From Raillietiella orientalis (lineage: Eukaryota): 64,000 nt of DNA. Below the pieces are notes generated by a model that did not search any database, was not told the origin of the DNA, and saw nothing but the letters and a program-made list of their open reading frames with translations. A program made the position numbers and the translations under genes. Shown here piece after piece: positions 23,401 to 33,980 of the stretch (position 1 is the first letter of the stretch; each line of letters starts with the position of its first letter). The stretch is from contig JAYWIR010000003.1 in the NCBI GenBank assembly GCA_036172245.1, forward strand, positions 1,116,001 through 1,180,000. The letters run 5' to 3'.

Positions 23401-23625
23401 TCCTTCGTAGCTCCTGTCTTCGGCCTGGTCGCCGGCATCGCTTTCTCGGCAGGGACCTCGATCCGAGGAGCGTGGTCCAACGCGTTTACTCGCTCATCTT
23501 CGAAACGCTTCTTGTGCGCCTGCCGACCCTGCGAACATTGGGTGAGCGGAAGGAGTGCCCGATCGGCGAGCCGTGCCCCCGAAGGAGAGCGTGGGCAGAA
23601 AGAAGCTCCCTTGCTGCGGTACTGC
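17416..23625. repeat. Right arm of the large inverted repeat (reverse complement of 1-6210)
   Basis: Mirror translations are identical apart from a few substitutions (DDLLLL/DDLLFL, APTTA/APATA, VGATW/VGETW, GRVPP/GRGPP). No net indel across 6.2 kb. Confidence 0.97.
23095..23240 (+). mobile_element. Short fragment of a family-B-like ORF2 C-terminus (mirror copy at ~386-531, minus strand)
   Basis: LFVRDVLPPAASLAALCFLRGI matches LFVRDALPPAASLAALCCLRGI at ~24085-24150. Confidence 0.75.
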
Positions 23626-24528
23626 ATTACCCTACGTGAACATCTGGGTAGCGACATCGCGGCACAATGGCAGGTTGCCGTTAAGATCGCCAACAGGGAA
23701 AAGAAGATCGGGGATTGGAGAACGGGCCAGCTGAACAGAGCTGCCACTCCGGGGACCACCGCACAAGGACTGTTGCGCTGGGGCGAGCTACTGGATGTTC
23801 CTGAGGAACATCACGAGTTGCCCCCGGTGCTCATGGACTCGCACACCCTCCCCAGCAGTGCCGCCTGTTGCCACTTCATGGTGTTGCATTGGGGCCTCAC
23901 CTGCAACGCCCGCCGACGCCACAGTACGCGAGGGGGGTGTCAACCCCCAATTGTGTCAGATGTGGGCAGACGGAATACCTCCCCCACCTGTTAGTGGATT
24001 GTGTTGCGCTCCGTCCCTTGTGGGAACGCTTTGCCGCGGTCCTGGGTATCCCCGGAGGCAACCCAAGAGGCGTTTTGCGCCCCCTCTTCGTCCGAGACGC
24101 CCTGCCTCCAGCGGCCTCGCTTGCAGCCCTGTGCTGCCTACGCGGGATCGTCGTGGCATGGAGCAAAGCGACGGGAGGATCCAGCGACAGGGGTGCCACC
24201 GTGTATGCCGCCCGCTTCCTGCGGATGGCGACGCGATGGCGCCATCTGACATCCACCATTCAGCAACAGATTGCCGGCATCCTCCAGAGGATGACGGACC
24301 CTCCCAGCAGACAGTGATCCCTTCCCGCTCCCTCCCCAGTTTTGTTTATTTTTTTGTTTTCTTTTTGTTTCGTACCCCTCCCCTCTGCTGCCGAGGTCGA
24401 CCGCGCCGGTCTGCGCACCGGTAGCCCGGCGAGCTGCTACTTTCTAGGACGTGGCTGCACTACTGGTCCAGTCGCAGTGTAGCTAAGTTTGTTTGACAAA
24501 ATAAACGTCCCTGCGAAGCGGGTTTAAA
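23500..24528 (+). mobile_element. 3' end of a related Tx1-like element (family C): ORF2 C-terminus and 3' UTR
   Basis: WQVAVKIANREK, GLLRWGELL, LHWGLTCNARR, CVRCGQTEYLPHLLVDC, YAARFLRMATRW, stop at 24315-24317, T-rich UTR, AATAAA at 24500-24505, hairpin and AAA. Confidence 0.88.
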
Positions 24529-27500
24529 GCGAGCCGTGCTGCAGCCGCGACACGAACGGGAACGCGTCGATTGGCGGGGCGTCGGAAACGGATACGGAGG
24601 CGTGGGCATCTCTGGACGGCACGGCAACGCGCTAGGACGTTGCCACCCCTGTTTTTGACGACGAGGACCGTTTGGAAGGTGGAGGACCGATTGCTGCGAT
24701 CGGTGTGGTGCACGCATCCAGCGTTTCGGGAGGAGGCAGGACGGGCTCTCACACGCTCTGGCATCGAAGCATGCTGTGCTAGCACCCGGCAGCTGCAGCC
24801 TTGCGCAATGGCACGGAAGATGGAGCCACTAAAAGCATCCAGGCTTCCCGCGTAGTGAACGAAAAAGCCGATTAGCGGATGCAAATGGAGTTGTCGCAAC
24901 TACGCCGCCGTGCGGAGAGCCGTTGTGGCGTGGGCGACCTTTCCATCCAGGTGACAACTGCCCTCGGCTGACGACCGGGTCACGAAGAAGGGTGCCAGCT
25001 GCACTTGATTGATGATCTTCCTGGAGTGCGGATGTCGAGCGCCCTGCACAACCGGGAACAAAGGTCCCAGGTGGAAGACGCCGGATAAATTGGAGAGCGA
25101 GAAGCAGGACGGGCGTGGTTGCTGCTCTTCGAGTGAAGGCAAGAACTTGGCAAGGAGCTGCTTGCGTCGACCGACTTTCTCTGGAACCACTTTTCTCTTC
25201 TTCGTCCGAGGTCCACTCAGCTTATGGACGGCCGCGTGAGAATGTCCGCGAAGTGTGCGATGGCGATGCTTTTGCTGTTGGCGGCCTTGGTGCTCGGTAG
25301 GTTGCGCGACTGGCGCCGGTCGCTTGCGCCATCTCAGACCAGACCAGCGACGGCACGTGCGGGAAAAGCGAACGACGCGTTCCTGCTGGGTGCAGGAACT
25401 TGCGTGCCTCCCGGCCGGATTCACGCCTGCATCGGCCCGGAGGCTAGCGCCATCTGCTTCCGTCTCGCACGGGCTCCTACCGCCCTGCGGCGCTTTTGCG
25501 ACGCAGGCCGACCGCTGGTTGTCGCGCGTCCGTCGCTTGAAGCGCGGAAGGCGCGTGTCGGTCGGCCTGCATGCCGACACACCGCGAGCTCGACTCATTC
25601 CTTTTCTCTGACTTTCAGTGTTGGTGACGATGGAGGTAAACTGCGAGGAATTCGTGAGGTGAGCCGCGCCTCTGCATCTGCGGCGGTTCGAACGCAATCG
25701 GCGTTCGACGTCACGCCCCAGGGTGGGGGAAGCGCCATGCGACGGCTTGCCCTCAGGGCGCACGGCGTCTCGTTCACGACGATCCGTGCGCCAGGCACGA
25801 CCCAGCGAGCCGATGTGCTGCGTGCGTTCTCTCTCGGATGGTCCTCTGCGCATCTGACGTTTCCTTCGTGCGCTTCGAAGCGCGTTCGTGCGTGGTGATG
25901 AAGTTCGCGACGCCACGCCCCCGCACGCGTGGTTCGCGAAGAAAGCCTTGTGAAGCGCCATGCGACGTTCGCTGCTCGTTCGCGCTCCTTGGATGCACGT
26001 CGCCTGCCTCCGGACAGAAGGAAGGACGCGAGCTCCCCCGCTGACGGCTCGGGAAGCCGTGGCTTCGCGTAGGAATAGGGGGTCACCCTCGCTCGGAGAT
26101 CCGGAACACCCTTGCGACTGCTAGGAATCTTCTCGGCACGCCCTCGGGCGAACGACAACTGCGCGCCGACAACTTGTGCAAACGGAACGATGCAGTATCC
26201 GGAAACACCCTTTGTATCGACCGTGGTTTCACGAACGGGCTGCTGAGTGGATTGCTACCGGTGAACCCCTGGAGGCGCAACGAGATGGCTGAGCGTTGAA
26301 AGGCGGCCTTTTTGCTTCTCGGACATTTCCCGCTTTGGGATGCTGGAGGGACAGCTGCTCGCTTTCGCCAGAGGAACGGTGGACTGACTGCTGGTGTTTT
26401 CTCAGGGGCGGCAACCAGGAGATGATGGTTGATTCAAAGTACTCGTTTCGAGGAGGCTCCATCCGTGATCGAAAACGTTGCATCACAATTGCGGACTGCC
26501 CGCCGGGCAGGAAGTGCCACTATGGCGTATGCACAAATTATCTTCCCTGACGAGGTGAGGCGTGTTTGTTGTCGGCAAACGAGATGTGCCAAGCTGGAGT
26601 CTCCCTGATGCGCAGCAACTTTTCAGGAAACTCCCCGAAATTGTGCGATGGTCGCAGACGGCTTCATCAACTGTGCAATCCGCGGGATTCCTTTAAACTG
26701 TGCCTTCCTCTAGGAGGTGCTCGTCACTCGGGGGAGGTCACAATGGATGAACAATAAAGAAAGATAGATGGATGCGCATGATTCTGGAGGGTGTCCAAGG
26801 GGGCCAGTGTCCACCGGAAGTGCCGAAGAGTCTCCCGGGACGTATTGCAGCTTCCGTGAAGCCCCAGGCTGTCTTCGCTCCGTGTGCGACTCTGCTGGAT
26901 GCTGCAGCGCGCCACTCCTGCGTCCCGGACCGAATCCCCTTCGCAACGATCGTGATGTCGGCGCCGGTGGCCGGTGCGCGCAAGATGCTTCGTTTCCTCG
27001 CTTGCACACGCTCACCCTGCGTTCTGCCTTCCCTTTTCTTTCTGCGCTTCACGCCGCTGCAGGCTTCCGGCGTTTCGATGGGAACGCGACTTCCGCACAT
27101 GCAGCCGAGCAGACCATGCGACGCAGTGACTTGCGTGCTGGCTGCAGCTTCCACCTCCATTCTCTCTGTTGTTGGCTTCATAGTGTTCAGTTCGTGGCAC
27201 ACGAGGACGCACGAAACACACAAAACAAAAACTGGCGTTCCAGGAGCGAAACGCACGCACTTGCGTGCCCGTTCAACGCACCCCGTCGTGGGTGGTGCGC
27301 GAAGGGAAGGCATGCGGATCGTCAGCGCTGAGCTTTCCTGCCCATCGGACCAGCCGCTCCAGACTGCCAGACCCGTTCCTCGGCCTACAGGCCTTGAGGT
27401 CCTCAAGGAGGCGGGTGCACCCGTGCATGAAGAAGAAGCTGCTGCGAAAGAACCCGCGGAGAAGCTCTTCTGCTAGCCACGCCCCCTTTGCAGTTGGGAG

Positions 27501-27759
27501 GAATCGCGTGTAAGCAGAACGGACATTCGAACTCGCGGACCGATCTCTTGGGCTCGTCCCAGTCGTCAGCTCACGTCTGCCGAAGCCACGGCGGAACTGG
27601 CGGGGATGCTCCTCAGCATCACTGGCGCACGTTTCTTTTTCTTTTTTTCAAAAAGAGGCCAAGCTGGTGGCGACAAGAATCCCTGGGGATAGCTGCAAAC
27701 GGTGCATGTGCCTAGCGGCAATCCACCGCACAGCGGCGTCAGCTCCTTACAGAAAAAGA

Positions 27760-28160
27760 GGTTTGCGACCTTCTCGACGCTTCCCGGCGCGTTGCAGAGC
27801 CACGCCAGACGAAAATTTGCGGTTGCTGTTCCCCTGGGCGGTGAGACATTCGGCGGCGCAGTTCCTTTTGGTGCTCGCGTGCGCATCGAAATGGTGGGGC
27901 TGCTGTCGGCTCTTGGGTTTCCCATGTCGCGGCGCTAAGCGTAGGGCTCCTCGGACGCTTCCCGTTCACGATGCTGTGTGCAGCACGCGCGTGCCTTACG
28001 CCTTGAGAACGCGGAGCAGCTGCCACAGGGAACGCCGGGATCTGCTCGGCTGGTGCGCGCGTCGGCGATGCTGCTTCCCTGGAAACCGACGGAGCTGGGA
28101 GCGCAAAAGACAGGCGAATGCCTTCCGGTAGACGAACTTGCGTTCTTCGAAGCTGCCGTC
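27760..28160 (-). pseudogene. Degenerate RT N-terminal region downstream of BAF-like copy A; homologous to ~35230-35600
   Basis: RGTATANFRLAWLCNAPGSVEKVANL ~ EGNVPASFRSARMRLLPEGGDLRKLTNW. Visible nucleotide similarity to 35340-35580 (tcggcgatgctgcttccctggaaa / tcggcggtgctgctcccctggaaa). Confidence 0.45.
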
Positions 28161-28266
28161 CGCCTTCGCTCACAAAGAGGACGGCAGGGGTGGTGACGAG
28201 CGGAAGACTCGCCCCCGTCGGGTACTTCGGTGCTGCGAAACTTTATTTCAAAGTCCGAGTTCGGAG

Positions 28267-28668
28267 TCAAAATGGCGGGGGCACTCTGCCTACGTCAGGA
28301 ATAAGGTGCAGAGGCATCCTCACAGCCATGACCAGCATCGAAAAGAAGATCATGCGTGCGTTGTTCATGTAATCGAAAGATTCGTCGCCGAGGAGTTCGC
28401 AGAATTCCGTGATAAATTGAAACATGTCGTACTGGCTTCCGGCAAAGAGGACGAACATATCTGCGGCAGTACTTATGCCGTGATGATAAAGGATGGGCAT
28501 CATAAAACTCCGCGTTCCAGGTATCGTTTCCGCGTCGGCTTCGAGGTCATTGCGTGCGTAGAAACTTCGGAACTTTTCGGAAAGGAATTCTATCTGGTTC
28601 TCCGGATCCTGTATTACTGCAGCCAGGAATTTCACGAACTCTGGCGAAGTGACGAATTCACGATTCAT
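28267..28668 (-). CDS. Divergent barrier-to-autointegration factor (BAF)-like protein, copy A (133 aa), intronless and intact
   Basis: LSEKFRSFYARNDLEADAETIPGTRSFMMPILYHHGISTAADMFVLFAGSQYDMFQFITEFCELLG aligns without gaps to human BAF residues 3-68 (recalled sequence), with identities at S4, K6, R8, F10, A12, E17, G25, L34, G38, A42, F49, D55, F59 and G68. Paralogous to 35669-36022. Confidence 0.72.
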   Translation of the reverse strand: MNREFVTSPEFVKFLAAVIQDPENQIEFLSEKFRSFYARNDLEADAETIPGTRSFMMPILYHHGISTAADMFVLFAGSQYDMFQFITEFCELLGDESFDYMNNARMIFFSMLVMAVRMPLHLIPDVGRVPPPF

Positions 28669-29049
28669 CGTCTTCCCAAGTTCAAAGGGCAACGAACAAC
28701 GTTTCGCGATGAAGTGCTTGGCTGTGTTTCAATGCTTCGAATTCCTGCCTCTGTGAAGGGAGGGTGAGTGGGGGGAGAAGGCAATTCCCAGGAGGAGAGG
28801 AAGGCGAAATGGAGGAGAGAGAAGGACGGGCGCGGTTCCACTATTCGAGGAGACTTTCTGGTTGTCTGGGTAACCGATTGCTTATGTCCACTTCCTTGCA
28901 AGCGTCTCATATCTTTCGAGATGATTGCCCTTCCGCAGACCAAGGCGTTTCTTCTCAAAAATAGTTTCGTGTGGTGGCACTGTGCTTGCGACAAGGGGTG
29001 AACCTTGGCCACCTCGTCGCGCGTTTCACGCCGACTCATTCTCCCCCTG

Positions 29050-29620
29050 CACTTCTGCGTACCCTCCCAACATCCCTGGTCCGGTGATTCCGACGTGCGT
29101 TGCAGGGGAGACCCCGGTGCAATATCAGCAGCGTCGACTGCTGCCATTTCAGGGGAAGGGTGGTCGTGCATCGTAACTGCTCCGTGCGGCGTGGAAGTCC
29201 ACGTGGTTTGTCGCCCGGTTTCTGCGGCCCATTCGCTACGTGGAATAATCGCTTCGAGTTTTTGTGGAAAAGCGCGTGTTTGGACCACCCGATAAGATGG
29301 TAACGCACGGAGATGGCCAACTTTCCGGCACGCGGTCCGCAGCGGTCCCAGCCGGCAGGGAAGGCGGTAAGGGAAAACCGAAAACATGAGATAAGGAACG
29401 AAAGAAAGGAAGGGAGAATCTTCCATTCAGAGGGAGGCGGGGGGCAGAGGAAATGGAAGAAGGGATCGCCGCTCGCCGCAAGGCGTCCTCTGCGTCTTAT
29501 CCAGGACGCTGATGAGATTGCTCCGCATGTCGCCCGGGTGGCGCCATTTCGTGGCGGTCCGAAAAAAGACTTCCGACCTGCGAATGCGGAGAGGGGGCGG
29601 AAATGGCACTGCGCCCGCAA
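29050..29620 (-). mobile_element. Two fragments of family-B-like ORF2 3' regions
   Basis: FFRTATKWRHPGDMRSNLISVL (~29480-29570) ~ FLRIATRWPHLGNLQKDLVGIL, followed by a pyrimidine-rich UTR. TLPLKWQQSTLLILHRGLPCNARRNH (~29080-29165) ~ ILPLKWQESSLLWGHWGLPCNARRFH. Confidence 0.8.
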
Positions 29621-29739
29621 GATGGGGGGCATCCTGCGAGCGGAGTTGCGGGGAACAGGGTACAGTTGGGGGGGTGCTGGACGGCGCGTTCAATTGGCTG
29701 ACGCGCGTTCCACCGCCTCCGTGTCCAAATAGATTCTTC

Positions 29740-29934
29740 TCAATGAGAAGTTTCTGGAGTTTGCCCCGGAAAAATTAGGAATCTTACAGGTGTTTTCGAG
29801 TCATCTGCAAAGTCATTGCGTGCGTAGAATCTGCAGAACTTTCGTGAAAGGGAATCTTTCCGGTTTTGTGGATATTTTACTACGTATAGTACGATGTTCA
29901 AGAGATATCGAGAAGTGACGACTTCCGGGAACAA
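29740..29934 (-). pseudogene. BAF-like copy C, truncated/frameshifted; TTG at the position of the start ATG
   Basis: EVVTSRYLLNIVLYVVKYPQNRKDSLSRKFCRFYARNDFADD matches copy A EFVTSPEFVKFLAAVIQDPENQIEFLSEKFRSFYARNDLEAD; the frame stops shortly after. Confidence 0.75.
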
Positions 29935-30460
29935 AATCTTGCGCAGTTCCAAGGGCAGCAAAGAACTTTTCACGATGAAATGCCTGGTTGGATTTACATG
30001 GAATTTTCTCACGCTGTCAAGGGGAGCAATTTCCGGTTGAGACAAGGCGAAAATAACAGGAGAGAGGAGGAAGTAGGAACTTTAACCACTGTTCGGATGA
30101 GCTTGCTTCTTTCCTGGGTTATCCATTATTCAGGTCCACCTCCGTGGAAGCGATCTCCATCTTTCGATGTGATTGCCTCGACGGCGGGTTATTATCCCTC
30201 TCCAGGGTAATGTTGCCACAAACGTGAAATCCAATTGAAGGCCAGAGGCTTCTTGCTCGAAAATAGTACGGTAAGCCTTCCTGTTAGCATGGTGACCAGC
30301 TTGCAGCATTGACCTCAACTAGGTCTCCTCATCACGCGTTTTCCAGCCATTATGGTGAACAACTCTCGACCACAAAGCGCGTAGAGATTCACCAGTAAGA
30401 CGGTGGTGCATTCACTGCGCGCGCGAGGGGAAAGTACGACGATGTGATGATGGAGCACAT

Positions 30461-31153
30461 TGGATGATCCTGCAGTCCGGGGAGGTGCCATGCCCATCCG
30501 GAGAAGTGAAGGCGCCGGGCTGCAGCGTTTCCAACAGGACCATCGCGCCACTGCTCCACCATCTTTGACGGTCTCCACGGAGTGGGCAACTCTCGGGATC
30601 AGGATTTGCATCAATGGTCGGCCTATCCAAAAGGTGGTCCGCTCCCACTCTAGTGAACGGACGCTCCGCTCTCGCACGTTGCGTGCATTTCATTCAAGAG
30701 AGATCGCGCAGGCAACCGTGGCTGGCTTCCCGCAGCTTCCGCTTTCGATCGATCCAGCTGCGTACTCTGCGAGTGCAGCTCACCCTCTTTTCGCCAGCAG
30801 TTGCGTTTCTTCTTCAAGGCAAGCCGGATGAGTGCGCACCCTCCGGAGATCACTTTCGAACTCCACGAGGCTCGTGGAGAACGACCGAAGCGAGAGGAGT
30901 GCATTCTGAGAGTGAGTGCGTGCCTCGTCCCTGGAGTGGCGCACCTCTTCTGCACGAAGCAAACGGAAGTGTTCCTCGCGGCAGCTGCTTTTCCCGCAGC
31001 GTGAACCCCGTGTCTCGTTGCTGAGGTCTTTCCATGCGCTCGCTGTTCGTCCGGAAAGAGCCGCTGCAACGCCCAGAACGCGTTCTCCGAGGTCGCGTGA
31101 GTCCGTGCGTGACCACAGCTCGTGCCTTGCACCTCGCGGAAACCGCGCAGCAG
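30461..31153. repeat. Left arm of a 693-bp inverted repeat (partner 33288-33980)
   Basis: Mirror ORFs with coordinate sum 64441 (30614..31024+ / 33417..33827-) and identical translations. Confidence 0.95.
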
Positions 31154-32004
31154 AAGCTTCGACGTGCCGTGCGTTGCAACGACCTTTCGGAGTGTACGCA
31201 CTCATTGATGTGGGGATGCGCTTCTCCCGATGTGCGACCCGATTCCCCTGACTGGATGAATGTATTCGCTTGGGGTCGCTTCCGTGGGACGACAGTCGGT
31301 TGGTTCTTCCGTAGCCATGCCGGAGCGATGGTAGGTGGATGGCCAGATGTTAAGATGCTGCGTGATGACAGAAGGGGAAGGTGTATGAGGTTAGGTAAAA
31401 ATGGATGCAGCATGCTTGGCGGGAATTCGTGCAGCTGGAGGAGAGGCAGAAATGGAGCAGGATTTGTGAGACGCTTGCGCAAGATCAAGAGGCGGAAGGT
31501 CAGACGAACTCATGAGGCGTAGTTGCAGTTTCTGTACACAGACCCAAAGGAACAGACCCACTGGAATGACGTCACTGTTAACGAGATGCACCTGAAAGAC
31601 TGTCAGCTGCTCTCGCTGGGCGTTCGAATCCATTTGCGCGTCAATCCATGCGGACCTTCGAACCTTCTCGTCGTTTTGCGATTTTAGTCAGCAGTCGCAC
31701 CGTTGAATGGCGCGCGAGCTCTCCGTGTGCCCGGGCGACGCACGCAGCCGCGAAGAGAGCTGCGGGCGACCGACGTGCCGGGGACCATGCAGCGGGAAGG
31801 AGGAGCAGCTGCGCAGAGGCAGCTGTTCGCGAAACGTCAACATCTCCTTAAAAGTCGATCCATCAATTATCTGAGTTTGATATTCCTTGATGCATCGGAT
31901 CATCGCACCAACGCTGACCGCCCACGCAAAGTTCCGCGGGGGATACGAGGATGCGCGCAGCGCTGCGCTTCACCCCGCGTTGCTGCGCTGCTAGCCTCTG
32001 AGGA

Positions 32005-33180
32005 AGCTCTTTTTTAGGGGACCACACGTGTACGGCGTGCAGGTGTGCCGCAGGATGAGGCAGGGCGATAGCCTGAGTCCCTGCTTTTTAGCACCTACTT
32101 CGCGTTGGTGCTGAGAGCATACAGAGAGACTTTGGCCACCCTGCCGAACTCTGCCACGGCACGCCTGCCGTGTCCGCTTATGCCGATGATCTGCTCCTGC
32201 TCCCCATGTCCGCCTCGGTCTCAGCTCTGGAACATTTCTTCGCGATGTTGAGCATCGGAACAGGACTTCGGGTGAGCAGCACCAAGTCTTCGGTTGTGCC
32301 AGTTGGTGCGACGTGGGCTGGGCGCCCTGATTGGATCCTCCTGGGGATCCCCACAGCTAGGTACATGAAGTACCTCTCCGTTCCGTCGAAGGACTTCTGT
32401 CTGACAGAAGCCTGGTCAGGTCATCTCCAAAAAGTGGAGCAGGGATCAGCCCGTTCCTGAGAGACAGGTTTCCCTGGCAGCATTGAGCCGCTGTGTGGAA
32501 CACGTTCGCGACGCCCATCCTCCGTCTCCTGCTTTTTATTTCTTCCGTCCACTCCGAGTTCAAATGAATGGACTAAGGACTTCCTGCGCATCGCCCTGTG
32601 GGGCAACGGAAGGTCCCGAGTTATTCTGATGGACTTGTGTGCTCCGCGTTGGGACGTCGGTCTTCGCCTCCTGACGCTAGAGCGGATGGAGATTCAGTTG
32701 CGATAGCGAACCATCGCCATCGCAGCGAAGTACACCCGTTGATGCGTTCCGCTGCGCCTCCTACTCGCCGTATATGCGGAACAAAAGGGTTTGCGTCTCG
32801 ACGTTTGTGCCCCGGCCGGAAGATCGTGAGATGCGGCCTCCTTATCGAACGAATAGCCACACTGGCGAAGGAATACACTTGGATGGTGCGTGGCCCTGCC
32901 AATTCTAGCGCGTGGCTAGAAGAAACAGTTGACGCGTAAGCGAAGGTCCTGGAGTGTCCAACCAGGAGTACGTGGGCGGCAATGACCCCCCAATCTACGG
33001 CGATGCCTTCCCTGGGGAGGGCACTTGGCAGCATCCAGAGGCCTTGTCGGCAAGTCTCCTGCTAGATCGCAGTAAAACAGAGATGTTAAACGGATGGCCC
33101 ATGAGACAGCTGGCAAACGCCGCGACCGTAAGAGTCCTTCCGCTAGAACGCAGCGCAACACATGCTGGCGCATACACAAA
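32005..33180 (+). mobile_element. Degenerate family-B RT 3' half
   Basis: RQGDSLSP.., SAYADDLLLLPMS, GTGLRVSSTKSSVV, MKYLSVP, NSSAWLEET; multiple stops and frameshifts. Confidence 0.88.
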
Positions 33181-33287
33181 TCACCCACATTAGCGATTCC
33201 GGCTGCGCCAAGAAAAAAAAACAACAGGTGAACCTGGCTGCCCACGAAGCGTCGTTTCACAGTGAAGCATTCTGACAGCACTGCACC

Positions 33288-33980
33288 CTGCTGCGCGGTT
33301 TCCGCGAGGTGCAAGGCACGAGCTGTGGTCACGCACGGACTCACGCGACCTCGGAGAACGCGTTCTGGGCGTTGCAGCGGCTCTTTCCGGACGAACAGCG
33401 AGCGCATGGAAAGACCTCAGCAACGAGACACGGGGTTCACGCTGCGGGAAAAGCAGCTGCCGCGAGGAACACTTCCGTTTGCTTCGTGCAGAAGAGGTGC
33501 GCCACTCCAGGGACGAGGCACGCACTCACTCTCAGAATGCACTCCTCTCGCTTCGGTCGTTCTCCACGAGCCTCGTGGAGTTCGAAAGTGATCTCCGGAG
33601 GGTGCGCACTCATCCGGCTTGCCTTGAAGAAGAAACGCAACTGCTGGCGAAAAGAGGGTGAGCTGCACTCGCAGAGTACGCAGCTGGATCGATCGAAAGC
33701 GGAAGCTGCGGGAAGCCAGCCACGGTTGCCTGCGCGATCTCTCTTGAATGAAATGCACGCAACGTGCGAGAGCGGAGCGTCCGTTCACTAGAGTGGGAGC
33801 GGACCACCTTTTGGATAGGCCGACCATTGATGCAAATCCTGATCCCGAGAGTTGCCCACTCCGTGGAGACCGTCAAAGATGGTGGAGCAGTGGCGCGATG
33901 GTCCTGTTGGAAACGCTGCAGCCCGGCGCCTTCACTTCTCCGGATGGGCATGGCACCTCCCCGGACTGCAGGATCATCCA
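33288..33980. repeat. Right arm of the 693-bp inverted repeat
   Basis: Reverse complement of 30461-31153; boundaries ctgctgcgcggtt (33288) and ggatcatcca (33980). Confidence 0.95.

Noticed and set aside
1..23625. Large inverted repeat interpreted as the TIRs of a giant DNA transposon (Maverick/Polinton, Foldback)
   Set aside because: The arms are mosaics of non-LTR fragments and end in the middle of an RT; no integrase, polB or transposase is seen in the spacer.
24395..24435. Twister-ribozyme-like string (gccggtc...agcccgg) in the 3' UTR
   Set aside because: Only a partial resemblance; the other conserved twister elements and pseudoknot partners are not evident, and the family-B homologue lacks the motif.
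25224..25898. 224-aa ORF with a signal-peptide-like start (MAMLLLLAALVLG)
   Set aside because: The remainder is low-information Arg/Ala-rich sequence with equally long overlapping ORFs in other frames; no supporting motif.
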